Assembly (NCBI GenBank): GCA_016874555.1
Contig: VGTW01000002.1
Coordinates: forward strand, 909 to 64,908
Source of the DNA: Gammaproteobacteria bacterium
Lineage (GTDB): Bacteria; Pseudomonadota; Gammaproteobacteria; Steroidobacterales; Steroidobacteraceae
Length of the DNA stretch: 64,000 nucleotides
Direction: 5' to 3'
Shown: positions 37,888 through 49,317 of the stretch, piece by piece
Position numbering within the stretch: the first letter of the stretch is position 1
Layout of the letters: each line of letters begins with the position of its first letter
Program-made: the position numbers and the translations under genes
Notes under the pieces: generated by a model
What the model was told of the DNA's origin: nothing
The model's database searches: none
The model's input: the letters and a program-made list of their open reading frames with translations, nothing else

Positions 37888-39621
37888 TTAGGCGAGAGTC
37901 CTACTGCCGCTCGCAAGATCGTCGAAAAGAATCATCTTCGCAAGCGGCTCGGTTTTGATGGCGACACCGGTGTTGCGATCAATGATTACATTGACGACAC
38001 AGGTGCCGTCGTGCGCGAAGGCTGCATCGAGCACTGCTTCGAGCTTGGCAGGGCTGCTCACCTGTAGCCCTGCGCAGCCAAAACCCTGCGCGACTTTTTC
38101 GTAGGGCGGAAAACCGAGCTCGGTGTTGACGGAGCGACCGATTGCCTGTGTTTGTGCGTGCAACTCCGTTCCCCAAGCACCGTCATTACCGATGATGCAG
38201 GTGATCTTGAGTCCCGCCTGTGCTGCAGCGTGCAACTCTGCAGGGTAAAACCCGAAAGCACCATCGCCGGTCGTCATGACGATCTGCCTGGGCTGGGTCC
38301 CGGTTTGCTCGGCGATTTCGCGCGCGGCCGCGGCGGCGCCCACGGCAAGCGGCGTGCCGACACCCATCGCACCCATCGGGTAGTGATCGAGAAACCCCGG
38401 TGCCTGCCGCACGGGTAGTGTAGCGTACATCCAATTCTGGATATCGGCGCCATCGCCGATCACGATCGCCGCGGCGTCCACATGTCGGGCAATGGCCCGC
38501 CCGAGAACGAGCGGATGGATGACATCTGTCGAAATCTTTGAGTCGGCCAGCTTATCAAGATATTGGAATCTGGCCTGTAGCGCATCGCGTACCCAAGCGG
38601 CTCGCCCCACCGTATCGCCGGTCCGGGTCGCAACGCTATCGAGCGCCCCCAGCAGTTGCCGACAAGCGAGCCCGGCATTAGCGATGATCGCTACATCGAT
38701 GCGACGATTGCGGGAGAGTTCTTCGGCCTCGATGTCGATCTGGATGAATTGTGCGTTTGCAGCGAAGCGTGGTGGCAGGCCATAGCCGAGACGCTGCTTC
38801 AGACGTGCGCCGATCACGCAGACCACGTCGGCCTCGTGCGCCACGAGCTGCATGAAGGGCCAGCTGAATGAACGAACGCCATCTTCAGGCACGAGTCCGC
38901 GGCCGAGTCCGTTACCTGCGATGGGCAGATCGCAGCGCTCGACGAGCGCGCGCAGCGCATCACTGGCCTCGCCATGGCAGGCACCTGCCCCCGCAATCAG
39001 CAGCGGTTTCTTTGCTGCCTGCAACAACTGCGCCGCGCGCAGAATGGCTGCAGAGTCGGCAGCGGGGCGGGCGGCCTGCGGGATGGGCGGTATTAAAGCG
39101 GCTGCATCGGTAACTTTGGCTTGCAGGAGCTCCTGTGGAATCTGCAGCACCACCGGACCGCGTCGGCCCGTCAGCGCGCGTTTGGCCGCGGCATCCACGT
39201 ATTCGGCTAGACGTTCTGCAGTCGGCACGGTGCGCGCCCACTTGCTGATACTGCCCACCAGCGGATGCTTGAGGTTGTCATATTCCGATTCGGCTTCGGT
39301 CCACGATTCCGGTAGTCGCGCAACCAACACCAGCACTGGCGAACAGGCATGAAAAGCGGTGGCGATGCCGTTGATGGCATTGGGCATGCCCTGATCCGCG
39401 ATGATCAGCGCAACGCCAAGACGACCCGTGACCCTTGCGTAACCGTCGGCAGCGCTCACGCAGCCCGATTCGTGCCGATTGCTGATGATGCGAAAGCCGT
39501 CCCGCTGCAAAGCCTCGAGCAGGAAGGTGTGCGAGGCCCCCGCGAGCGAGAAGACGGTGCGAATGCCGTAGCGTGCCAGCGCCCGGCTGACTACCATTCC
39601 GCCGGTGAGCGACTGGTGCAT
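37888..39621 (-). CDS. thiamine diphosphate-dependent enzyme (acetolactate synthase-like family)
   Basis: The start MHQSLTGGMVVSRALARYGIRTVFSLAG is the typical N-terminal Pyr domain. ThDP motif GDGAFGF...IIGNDGAWG. Confidence 0.85.
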   Translation of the reverse strand: MHQSLTGGMVVSRALARYGIRTVFSLAGASHTFLLEALQRDGFRIISNRHESGCVSAADGYARVTGRLGVALIIADQGMPNAINGIATAFHACSPVLVLVARLPESWTEAESEYDNLKHPLVGSISKWARTVPTAERLAEYVDAAAKRALTGRRGPVVLQIPQELLQAKVTDAAALIPPIPQAARPAADSAAILRAAQLLQAAKKPLLIAGAGACHGEASDALRALVERCDLPIAGNGLGRGLVPEDGVRSFSWPFMQLVAHEADVVCVIGARLKQRLGYGLPPRFAANAQFIQIDIEAEELSRNRRIDVAIIANAGLACRQLLGALDSVATRTGDTVGRAAWVRDALQARFQYLDKLADSKISTDVIHPLVLGRAIARHVDAAAIVIGDGADIQNWMYATLPVRQAPGFLDHYPMGAMGVGTPLAVGAAAAAREIAEQTGTQPRQIVMTTGDGAFGFYPAELHAAAQAGLKITCIIGNDGAWGTELHAQTQAIGRSVNTELGFPPYEKVAQGFGCAGLQVSSPAKLEAVLDAAFAHDGTCVVNVIIDRNTGVAIKTEPLAKMILFDDLASGSRTLA

Positions 39622-39667
39622 CCTATCCCCCTGAGACGACGTTACTTCTAGCCGATTCGGACCCAAC

Positions 39668-40561
39668 TTGAAAGTCAGTCACCATCCGGACTATCACCTG
39701 CCCCTGCCCGAAGGACACCCCTTCCCGATGGTGAAATACGCCCTCGTCTACGATCGGCTGCGCGCTACCGGTCTATTGCCGGCCGAACGCATCATGCTCC
39801 CTGACGAAGCGGCGCGCGCCGATCTCGAGCGCGTGCACACTTGCGAATACCTTGATCGTTTGTTTGGTCCCGGTCTGAGTGCAGCCGAGCAGCGCGCACT
39901 CGGTGTGCCGTGGTCACCGCGCTTACTACGCCGCTCGCGTCTTGCCGTGCAGGGTACTTTGCTCGCCGCCCGCGCAGCGCTCGAGGATGGCCGTGCCGGT
40001 AATCTCGCTGGCGGTACCCACCACGCTTTTGCCGATCATGGCGAAGGCTTTTGCGTCCTCAATGATATCGCCGTCACCATCCGCCGACTGCAGGCCGATT
40101 GTCGCATCGAACGGGCGCTGGTGGTCGATCTCGACGTCCATCAGGGGAACGGCACAGCCGCAATCTTTGAAGGTGATGAGTCGGTGTTCACTTTCTCGAT
40201 TCATGGTGAGAAAAACTATCCGGCACGCAAGATGCGCTCGACACTCGATATCAGTTTGCCCGCTGGCATCGATGACGACGCCTATCTGTCTGCACTGCAA
40301 GATAATCTACCCGCACTCACCAAAGATTATCGCCCTGACATCGTGTTTTATCTGGCCGGAGTCGATGTGGTCGAGGGCGATCGTTACGGCAGATTTCGCC
40401 TCTCCGACGCGGGGGTCCGCACCCGTGAGCGCTGTGTACTCGACTGGAGTCGCAAACTCGGCTTACCGCTGGTGATCACGCTGGCGGGGGGCTATTCACC
40501 TAACCCTGCACGGACCGCGATGTTGCACAGTATCGTTTTCGAAGAGGCGATCAATCCGTGA
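39668..40561 (+). CDS. histone deacetylase-family amidohydrolase (short, HDAC11-like)
   Basis: 297 aa from a TTG start. Active-site stretch GGTHHAFADHGEGFCVLNDIA, and DLDVHQGNG. Confidence 0.85.
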   Translation: MKVSHHPDYHLPLPEGHPFPMVKYALVYDRLRATGLLPAERIMLPDEAARADLERVHTCEYLDRLFGPGLSAAEQRALGVPWSPRLLRRSRLAVQGTLLAARAALEDGRAGNLAGGTHHAFADHGEGFCVLNDIAVTIRRLQADCRIERALVVDLDVHQGNGTAAIFEGDESVFTFSIHGEKNYPARKMRSTLDISLPAGIDDDAYLSALQDNLPALTKDYRPDIVFYLAGVDVVEGDRYGRFRLSDAGVRTRERCVLDWSRKLGLPLVITLAGGYSPNPARTAMLHSIVFEEAINP

Positions 40562-41112
40562 GTCAGTCGCCCCCCAAGCCGCTGCGTCCACGGTTGATGC
40601 AGCGCTTTCTGCGCTTCATGTCCGATCGTCGCATCTTATCGGATGCACGCATGCTCGAGTTTTATCCGCCGTTCTGGTTCATGCGCATCAAGGTGCTGGA
40701 GATGGATCGCGAATGGCGTCGTGTGCGCATTCGGCTGCCGCTTAATGCGATTTCGCGTAATCCGGGCGGGGTGATGTTCGGCGGCTATCAGACCGCACTC
40801 GCTGATCCGATTGCGACACTCGCCTGCGCTCGAGTATTCCCCGGCTATTCGGTATGGACGCGCGGGCTTACCGTTGATTTCGAGCACGGCGGCAGCACTG
40901 ATCTCGAACTGCGCTTCGAGTTTCCGGCGACTCTGGAGCGCCAAATCCGCGCAGCACTTGCGCGTGACCATCGGGCGACACCTTCATTCGAATACGGTTT
41001 TTATTTACGTGACGGGATGCGCTGCACGCGTATCGTGAATACAGTAGCAATCCGGCCGCGCGGCTACGCCAAAGCCACTACGCCGCCAGCGCCCGAAACT
41101 GGGATCGATTGA
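40558..41112 (+). CDS. hot-dog fold thioesterase (PaaI/DUF4442-like)
   Basis: 184 aa. GGVMFGGYQTALADPIATLAC is typical of PaaI-type hot-dog proteins. 4-nt GTGA overlap with the HDAC gene. Confidence 0.6.
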   Translation: MSQSPPKPLRPRLMQRFLRFMSDRRILSDARMLEFYPPFWFMRIKVLEMDREWRRVRIRLPLNAISRNPGGVMFGGYQTALADPIATLACARVFPGYSVWTRGLTVDFEHGGSTDLELRFEFPATLERQIRAALARDHRATPSFEYGFYLRDGMRCTRIVNTVAIRPRGYAKATTPPAPETGID

Positions 41113-41156
41113 GTTGATTTGCTTTTGAGCGGGTCGGCGAGTGAATCGGCTGCCGG

Positions 41157-42038
41157 TCAGACTGGCTCGACTATCAAACCGCGCAATTTTTTGATCGCAT
41201 TCGCTTCGAGCTGACGAATACGCTCGGCCGAAACGCTGTATTTGGCGGCGAGGTCGTGTAGGGTCGCTTTCTCGGCATCGCCAGCCATCCAACGGCTCGC
41301 GAGAATGTCGCGACTGCGTGCATCAAGCGCTTGCACCGCTGCGGCCAAGCGTTCGTGGGTGTCATCTTCCCACTCTTCGCTTTCCACTTGCGCAGCCGGG
41401 TCGGCATCGGGTGCGGGTAGATAAGTGGCGGGGGAGTAAGTTTCGTCCTCTTCGGATTCGGCCGGTGTCGGGTCGAACGACAGATCATGCGCTGCGAGGC
41501 GTCGTTCCATCTCGGTGACTTCGTGTTCGCCGACGCCGAGTTCGCGGGCGACGGCACGGGTCTCTTCCGGCGACAACCAGGTCAGATTTTTTTTGAGGCG
41601 ACGCAGATTGAAGAAAAGTTTGCGCTGCGCCTTGGTGGTGGCCACTTTGACAAGCCGCCAATTACGCAGCACGTACTCGTGAATCTCGGCGCGGATCCAG
41701 TGCACAGCGAAAGACACCAGACGAACACCGATTGTGGGATCGAAGCGCTTCACGGCTTTCATCAGCCCGACGTTGCCTTCCTGCACCAGATCGCCCATCG
41801 GCAGCCCGTATCCCGAATAGCCGCGAGCAATGTGGACCACGAAGCGCAGATGCGAGAGTACGAGTGCACGTGCAGCATCGACATCGCCTTCTTCACGAAA
41901 GCGGCGCGCCAGCGACTGTTCGTCTTCGCGCGCCAATACGGGCACCTTCGACACGCGGTCGAGGTACGCATCGAGGCTGCCAAGCGGGCCGGCTAGCGAT
42001 AGATCGGTGTACCGGGGCGCGAGAACCTGTGTGGGCAT
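41157..42038 (-). CDS. rpoH: RNA polymerase sigma-32 factor RpoH
   Basis: ATG at 42038 with GGAGG 11 nt upstream. RpoH box [12 protein letters not shown], with regions 2 and 4 present. It lies downstream of ftsYEX, as in E. coli. Confidence 0.92.
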   Translation of the reverse strand: MPTQVLAPRYTDLSLAGPLGSLDAYLDRVSKVPVLAREDEQSLARRFREEGDVDAARALVLSHLRFVVHIARGYSGYGLPMGDLVQEGNVGLMKAVKRFDPTIGVRLVSFAVHWIRAEIHEYVLRNWRLVKVATTKAQRKLFFNLRRLKKNLTWLSPEETRAVARELGVGEHEVTEMERRLAAHDLSFDPTPAESEEDETYSPATYLPAPDADPAAQVESEEWEDDTHERLAAAVQALDARSRDILASRWMAGDAEKATLHDLAAKYSVSAERIRQLEANAIKKLRGLIVEPV

Positions 42039-42077
42039 GGGGTCGTAACCTCCGTCCAAAATTCTAGCACTTGGGCG

Positions 42078-42105
42078 TCTTGAGTGCTAATCCGGCTCAA
42101 GGTTC
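42078..42105 (-). promoter_or_regulatory. candidate sigma-E (RpoE)-type promoter of rpoH
   Basis: Minus strand: GAACCTT-15 nt-TCAAGA, compared with the sigma-E consensus GGAACTT-N15/16-TCAAA. It lies about 40 nt upstream of the rpoH ATG. Confidence 0.35.
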
Positions 42106-42151
42106 GATCGCATCTTTTTTGATTCATAAGTGAATCAAAAATACAATTTAC

Positions 42152-43078
42152 CTAGTCTTTTGGTTCTATTTTAGAAATTAATCGAGCTGCTCCGAACCAA
42201 GCCCCAATGACGCCGAGCAACGCGGAGAGACCAATGAGCGCCGCCGCTTCGAGGAGGTCGAGTCCGCTCAGCACATAGCGTCCGCCGTACAGCGCCGACA
42301 CGCGACTGACGGGTTCGGCGAGCGCGACTACCAGAATCACCGTGATGCCGGTGGCCAGCAGCCCGCCAAGCAAGCCGAGGAAAAAGCCCTCGTAAAGAAA
42401 CGGTCGGCGCACAAAAGCGTTGGATCCGCCGACGAGCTTGGTGACTTCGATCTCCGCGCGGCAAACGCCGATCTCGAGTCGGATGGCGTTGCCGATGACC
42501 ACCAACACGCCGAGCGCCAGCAAACCCACGGAAGCACCGAGCATTTTGCGCATCAAGTCGAGGATGGCGCTGAGTCGGCGGACCCATTCGCCATCAACCT
42601 GTACGCTGTCCACCTCGGGCCAGGCCCGCAGGTATTTCTGTACCGACGCGACATCTCGAGGATTGGCGTAATCGGGCTTCGGTTTCACCGTGATGACGTG
42701 GGGCAGCGGATTGCCCTGTAGGGAATCGAGTGCTGCCCCAAAGCCCGAGTAGGCGCGAAATTCTTCGAGCGCGGCATCGGCGGAGATCACGGTCACCGTA
42801 CCGGCTTCGGCCCTATTACGCGCCGACGCAGCGAGTTGCTCGGCTTTCTCCAGCGCTGCACCCGGGCGGAAATACACCGAAATCTCGATGGCGTCGCCGG
42901 TATCACCCGTGGCGAGTTGTACATTTTTGACCAGTAACCAGAGCGAGGCCGGCAGCGCGAGCGCAACGGCAATGGCCAGCAGCGTCAACAAACTGCCGAG
43001 CGGCCGACGCAACAATCTGCCGAGTGCGCCGAGAAACGCCTGTACGTGTCGCGTGAGATAGATGATGGGCGAGGTCAC
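42152..43078 (-). CDS. ftsX: cell division ABC transporter permease FtsX
   Basis: 308 aa with four hydrophobic spans and a large periplasmic loop. 4-nt overlap with ftsE. Confidence 0.9.
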   Translation of the reverse strand: MTSPIIYLTRHVQAFLGALGRLLRRPLGSLLTLLAIAVALALPASLWLLVKNVQLATGDTGDAIEISVYFRPGAALEKAEQLAASARNRAEAGTVTVISADAALEEFRAYSGFGAALDSLQGNPLPHVITVKPKPDYANPRDVASVQKYLRAWPEVDSVQVDGEWVRRLSAILDLMRKMLGASVGLLALGVLVVIGNAIRLEIGVCRAEIEVTKLVGGSNAFVRRPFLYEGFFLGLLGGLLATGITVILVVALAEPVSRVSALYGGRYVLSGLDLLEAAALIGLSALLGVIGAWFGAARLISKIEPKD

Positions 43079-43752
43079 GAGGTACGCTCCCCTTGGGCGC
43101 CGCTGAATACTCTCCCGTCGTCGATCAGAATCTCGCGCTGCGAGAACTCGCGCACGAGCGCCATGTCGTGCGTGGCGATCAGCACCGTGACGCCGACATC
43201 CTGAAATCTGCGAAAGAGTTGCATCACTTCGCGTGCGAGTCCGTGATCGAGATTACCGGTTGGTTCATCTGCGATCAGTACTGTGGGCCGCGCTACCACC
43301 GCACGCGCAATCCCTACGCGTTGCTGTTCGCCGACTGAAAGTTCCGCGGGCGACACTCGTTCTTTTTCGAGTAACCCGACTTGATCGAGTGCCGCGCGCA
43401 CGCGTTTGTCGATATCGCGAAAACGCGTATCCGAAACCATCAGTGGTAACGCTACGTTATCGTACACCGGTCGATCCATCAAAAGTTGATGGTCCTGAAA
43501 CACGATGCCGAGTCGCCGCCGAAATGCTGGACTCGCCCGCATCGGCAAAGTGCTGGTGTCTTGGCCGTTGACCGTGACAGTGCCGCGAGTCGGTCGCTCG
43601 AGTAGCGTCATCAGTTTGAGCACCGAGCTCTTGCCCGCCCCGCTGCGTCCGGTGAGAAATACGAGTTCGCCCGCGCGTATCTCAAAAGACACGTCGTGCA
43701 GCGCTTCGCGACCATTCGGATAGCGCTTGAAAACATGATCGAAACGAATCAC
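43075..43752 (-). CDS. ftsE: cell division ATP-binding protein FtsE
   Basis: 225 aa. Walker A GRSGAGKSS, signature LSVGEQQRV, Walker B VLIADEP. Confidence 0.92.
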   Translation of the reverse strand: MIRFDHVFKRYPNGREALHDVSFEIRAGELVFLTGRSGAGKSSVLKLMTLLERPTRGTVTVNGQDTSTLPMRASPAFRRRLGIVFQDHQLLMDRPVYDNVALPLMVSDTRFRDIDKRVRAALDQVGLLEKERVSPAELSVGEQQRVGIARAVVARPTVLIADEPTGNLDHGLAREVMQLFRRFQDVGVTVLIATHDMALVREFSQREILIDDGRVFSGAQGERTS

Positions 43753-44693
43753 GCGGAACTGCTTCCCTCGATCAATGCGACGGCAAAAGCGGCGGCATCG
43801 AACTCGCTGAAATCTTCGGCACCCTCGCCGATACCAATAAACCGGATCGGTAATTTCAGGCGGCGTGCAATCGCGAGCACGATGCCACCCTTTGCCGTGC
43901 CGTCAAGCTTGGTGAGCACGAGTCCTGTGACCTCTGCAGCCTCATGGAACTGTAGCGCCTGCGAGAGCGCGTTCTGCCCCTGGTTGGTATCAAGCACTAG
44001 TAATACTTCGTGGGGTGCCAACGGATCCGCTTTGCCGAGTACACGGCGTACCTTGCGCAGCTCTTCCATGAGATGCGCTTGCGCCTGCAGTCGACCGGCG
44101 GTATCCGCGATCAAGATATCCGCGCCGCGACTACGGGCTGCGGCGAAGGCATCGAAGGCCACGGCGGCGGGGTCGGCACCGGCCTGCTGTGCGATGAGTT
44201 CGGCGCCCGTACGCTCAGCCCAGATACCGATCTGTTCGACAGCAGCGGCGCGAAAGGTATCGCCTGCAGCGAGCATTACCTTGAGACCCGCGCTGCGATA
44301 ACGATGTGCGAGCTTACCGATGGTCGTGGTCTTGCCCGAACCGTTCACGCCGACGACGAGGATGGTGTAGGGCTTCACGCTACGATCAATGACGAGTGGC
44401 TTGGCAACCGGCACCAGCAGCGCCGTGATATCGCTGCGCAAGGCTGCAAGCAGCGCATCGACATCGTCGAGTTGTTGGCGGGCGACGCGCTTGCGCAAAC
44501 CGTCGAGCAATTCCTCAGTGACTTGTACGCCTACATCCGCGGCGAGCAATCGCGACTCGAGCTCCTCGAGAATCGAGTCGTCGATCCGCCGCGCACCGAA
44601 AAGGCGAGCAAGGCCTGAATCGATACCGCCCCCTGGCCGCGTCAAGCGATCCTTCAGTCGTTGAAAAAAGCTGGGTTTTGATTCACTCGCCAT
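43749..44693 (-). CDS. ftsY: signal recognition particle receptor FtsY (short form)
   Basis: 314 aa. NG domain with GVNGSGKTTTIGKLA, DTAGRL and TKLDGTAKGG. There is no long acidic A-domain. Confidence 0.92.
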   Translation of the reverse strand: MASESKPSFFQRLKDRLTRPGGGIDSGLARLFGARRIDDSILEELESRLLAADVGVQVTEELLDGLRKRVARQQLDDVDALLAALRSDITALLVPVAKPLVIDRSVKPYTILVVGVNGSGKTTTIGKLAHRYRSAGLKVMLAAGDTFRAAAVEQIGIWAERTGAELIAQQAGADPAAVAFDAFAAARSRGADILIADTAGRLQAQAHLMEELRKVRRVLGKADPLAPHEVLLVLDTNQGQNALSQALQFHEAAEVTGLVLTKLDGTAKGGIVLAIARRLKLPIRFIGIGEGAEDFSEFDAAAFAVALIEGSSSA

Positions 44694-44727
44694 GCGGGGG
44701 CTGATTTTAGGCTACCCTGCGCCGCAA

Positions 44728-46462
<1,735 letters not shown>

Positions 46463-46475
<13 letters not shown>

Positions 46476-47296
46476 ATATGGCACCAATAGGTCGAGCGTT
46501 GCACCTGAACGCGATGACGTATGGCTTCGCCACACTTTCTGCAGGGCTCGCCCGTGCGTTCATAGACGAACAGTTTTTGTTTGAAGTATCCAGGCGTACC
46601 GTCGGCACCGACGTAGTCTCGCAGAGTCGTGCCACCGACTTTGATAGCCATCCCTAAAACCTGCTTGATTGCTACGACGATCCGCGCGATTTCGTCACGC
46701 TTGAGGTGCCTCGCCTGACGACCGGGGCGCACACCAGCACGAAACAGCGTTTCGCTGGCGTAGATATTGCCGACGCCGACCACCACACGTCCGTTCATCA
46801 AAAAGGATTTGACGGCAATGCGACGTGCTCGCGATCTATCCCAAAGATATTCGACATCGAAGGCATCGTCGAGTGGCTCGGGTCCGAGCTCTGCCAATAG
46901 CGGATGCTGATTCGGGTCGCCGCTTACGAGATGCAGCGAGCCGAAACGTCGCGGGTCATTGAAGCGCAGCGTCATTCCCGAATCGAGCAGCAGATCGAAA
47001 TGATCGTGCTTCAGTCTGGGCGTAGCTCGCGGCAGCACGCGCAAATTGCCCGACATGCCAAGGTGCAGGATCAGCGTTGTATGCGAATCGGCGTCGGTGC
47101 GCTCGATATCGAGCAACAGATACTTCGCTCGGCGTCTGACGCTCTTGATCACGGCGCCGCGCAGTTGCGGAACGACGGTGCGCGACACCGGCCAGCGCAG
47201 CCGGGGTTCGTGCAATAAAAAATCTTCGATGCGTCGAGCGCAGACGTGCGGTGCTATTCCGCGGCAGGTGGTCTCAACTTCGGGTAGTTCGGGCAT
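46463..47296 (-). CDS. mutM: formamidopyrimidine-DNA glycosylase
   Basis: N-terminal MPELPEVET and a C-terminal zinc finger CRKCGEAIRHRVQVQRSTYWCHICQ. Confidence 0.93.
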
Positions 47297-47310
47297 TGAT
47301 GACCGACGTT

Positions 47311-47343
47311 AAACGAAAAGGCCTGTGCAATGGCAGGCCTTTC
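47311..47343 (-). terminator. rho-independent terminator/attenuator after rpmG
   Basis: Minus strand: AAAGGCCTG-8 nt loop-CAGGCCTTT followed by TCGTTT. It lies between the rpmG stop and the mutM start. Confidence 0.5.
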
Positions 47344-47396
47344 ATTGCGGCAGATCCCGCGCCCGGTGCGCGGCGCCCAGCTTATTCGATTCCGGA

Positions 47397-47552
47397 TTAC
47401 TTGATCTTGGTTTCCTTATAGGAAACGTGCTTGCGTACGACCGGATCATATTTCTTGACGTCCATCTTCTCGGGATGTAGACGCTTGTTCTTCATTGCCA
47501 CGTAGAAGTGACCGGTACCTGCAGTCGACAGCAACTTGACCTTTTCACGCAT
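47397..47552 (-). CDS. rpmG: 50S ribosomal protein L33
   Basis: Hand translation gives 51 aa: [51 protein letters not shown]. It is below the ORF-track size cut-off and lies 16 nt downstream of rpmB. Confidence 0.92.
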   Translation of the reverse strand: MREKVKLLSTAGTGHFYVAMKNKRLHPEKMDVKKYDPVVRKHVSYKETKIK

Positions 47553-47568
47553 GACTCGGTGCTCCGTC

Positions 47569-47805
47569 TCAGATCTTCATGCCCCTGGCGCGAAGGTCGG
47601 TGACCACTGCGTCGAGACCGTTCTTTTCGATGGTGCGCAGCGCATTGGTGCTGACGCGCAACGAGACCCAGCGTTGCTCGCTCTCAAGCCAGAAACGCTG
47701 CGTGTGCAGGTTGGGCAGGAAGCGGCGACGCTTCTTGTTGTTCGCGTGCGAGACGCGGTTGCCCGTGGTCGGGCGCTTTCCAGTGAGTTCGCAGACGCGG
47801 GACAT
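47569..47805 (-). CDS. rpmB: 50S ribosomal protein L28
   Basis: 78 aa: [33 protein letters not shown]... Confidence 0.96.
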   Translation of the reverse strand: MSRVCELTGKRPTTGNRVSHANNKKRRRFLPNLHTQRFWLESEQRWVSLRVSTNALRTIEKNGLDAVVTDLRARGMKI

Positions 47806-47876
47806 CGTAGAAAACCTTTTTAAAACCAGTAGTTTAAGTAAGACCGGGTGCTTTGGACCCCGCGCAACGGGCCGTT

Positions 47877-47905
47877 TTTATACCAGTCCGGCCCGCCGCT
47901 GGCAA
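47877..47905 (-). promoter_or_regulatory. candidate sigma-70 promoter of rpmBG
   Basis: Minus strand: TTGCCA-17 nt-TATAAA. It sits 9 nt after the stop of the upstream TPR gene and about 70 nt before the rpmB ATG. Confidence 0.5.
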
Positions 47906-47913
47906 CCGGCCGC

Positions 47914-49317
47914 TCATAGCCTCGCGGTAATGCCGGCCCGAATCTCCCTAAGCACCGGTGCCCAATCGCCAGCCGTCGTCTGCCGGAAGAGCCGCACCTG
48001 CGAGTACCAGGGGCTGTCGCTGCGGCCCTCGAGCCAGCGCCAGTCGCTGACCTTCGGCAAGGGAATCCAGGTCTCTTTGCCCAGCGCGGCAGCGAGATGG
48101 GCAACGCTGGTGTCGACGCTGATCACCCAATCGAGTTGCGAAATGATCGCTGCCGTATCGGCGAAATCGGTTTGCTGCACGTCTGAGAACGGGGCTCCGA
48201 AATGACGCAGCTTGGGCAGGGTCGGCAGCAATGCGGCATCGTCGGGCGAGATTTCTTTTTGCAGGCTGATGAAGTCGACCGGCAGCGCGAGCAGTTCGCC
48301 GAGCATGGCGAGCGGAATGCTTCGACCTTTGATCGGCGTGACTTGGCCTCCACTCCACATCAGACCAACGCGCGGCCTGCGCTCACCCGCCAGCGCTTCG
48401 TCGACAGATTTACGCCAACTCGCGACCCATTGCTGATCGACCGAAAGATACGGTGTCTGTACCGACGGAATATCTTCGAGCGTGGTACCGAACATTCCCG
48501 GCAGACTGAGCAAGGCGCAGTGGAAGTCGAAACCCCCTCCCTGGACGCCGTCGATCACCGCCGAGACGCCGTGTAGACGCAAGAATATTCGGTGCAGGGC
48601 GGGCCGCGCCGAGACAATGATCTGCGCCTGTGGCTCCCGCTCGGCCAACAGGGGCAGGTAGCGGGCGAATTGCAGCGCATCGCCCAGACCCTGCTCGCAG
48701 AACACCAGAATTCTTTTGCCTACCAAAGATTCGTTGCCGCTCCAGCGCGAACCTGGGAGTTTCTGCGGATGAGCTGCGAGAAACTGCGGCGTGGCGAGTC
48801 GCCACTCGTAAAGCGGCCAGCCCGCCGCCAAGTCACCACGTATCAAAAATATCAAGGCTGAGTTCGATAGCGCCTCGGCATGATTGGCGCGCAGCGAGCA
48901 GGCGATACGATAGCTCGAGAGCGCAGCATCAAGCTCGCCTATTTCCTGTAGCACGACGCCACGGTTGTAATGGGCATCGAGCAGATCAGCGCGCATGGTA
49001 AGTGCCGTATCGTAACTGGCAAGCGCTTCGCGAGGCCGACCAAGTGCGCGATACACCGAGCCCATGTTGACATGGGCTTCGGTGTAATCGGGCTTGAGTT
49101 CGAGCGCGCGACCGATCAGCGCGCGTGCCGCCTCAGAATCCCCCTCGGCGAGCCTGATCGCCCCGAGCAGATGCAGACTATTCACTTCGTTCGACTGCGC
49201 TTGCAGAATTTTTTGGTAGATCCGCGCGGCTTCGCGTAATCGACCCTTGCGGTGTAGCGCCATGGCAGCGTGAAGGTTTCCGCTCATCGCCGCGAAATAT
49301 ACCGCGACCCTTGTCAC
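47914..49317 (-). CDS. TPR-repeat protein with C-terminal glycosyltransferase family 9-like domain
   Basis: 467 aa. At least four TPR units at the N-terminus. The C-terminal half carries the GT9-type ILVFCEQGLGDALQFARYLPLL and ISVDTSVAHLAAALGKETW. GTG start in a GTGA overlap with the radC stop (Met-11 or Met-19 are also possible). Confidence 0.65.
   Translation of the reverse strand: MTRVAVYFAAMSGNLHAAMALHRKGRLREAARIYQKILQAQSNEVNSLHLLGAIRLAEGDSEAARALIGRALELKPDYTEAHVNMGSVYRALGRPREALASYDTALTMRADLLDAHYNRGVVLQEIGELDAALSSYRIACSLRANHAEALSNSALIFLIRGDLAAGWPLYEWRLATPQFLAAHPQKLPGSRWSGNESLVGKRILVFCEQGLGDALQFARYLPLLAEREPQAQIIVSARPALHRIFLRLHGVSAVIDGVQGGGFDFHCALLSLPGMFGTTLEDIPSVQTPYLSVDQQWVASWRKSVDEALAGERRPRVGLMWSGGQVTPIKGRSIPLAMLGELLALPVDFISLQKEISPDDAALLPTLPKLRHFGAPFSDVQQTDFADTAAIISQLDWVISVDTSVAHLAAALGKETWIPLPKVSDWRWLEGRSDSPWYSQVRLFRQTTAGDWAPVLREIRAGITARL

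Noticed and set aside
43696-44618. Two roughly 200-aa plus-strand ORFs
   Set aside because: They are antisense shadows of ftsY.
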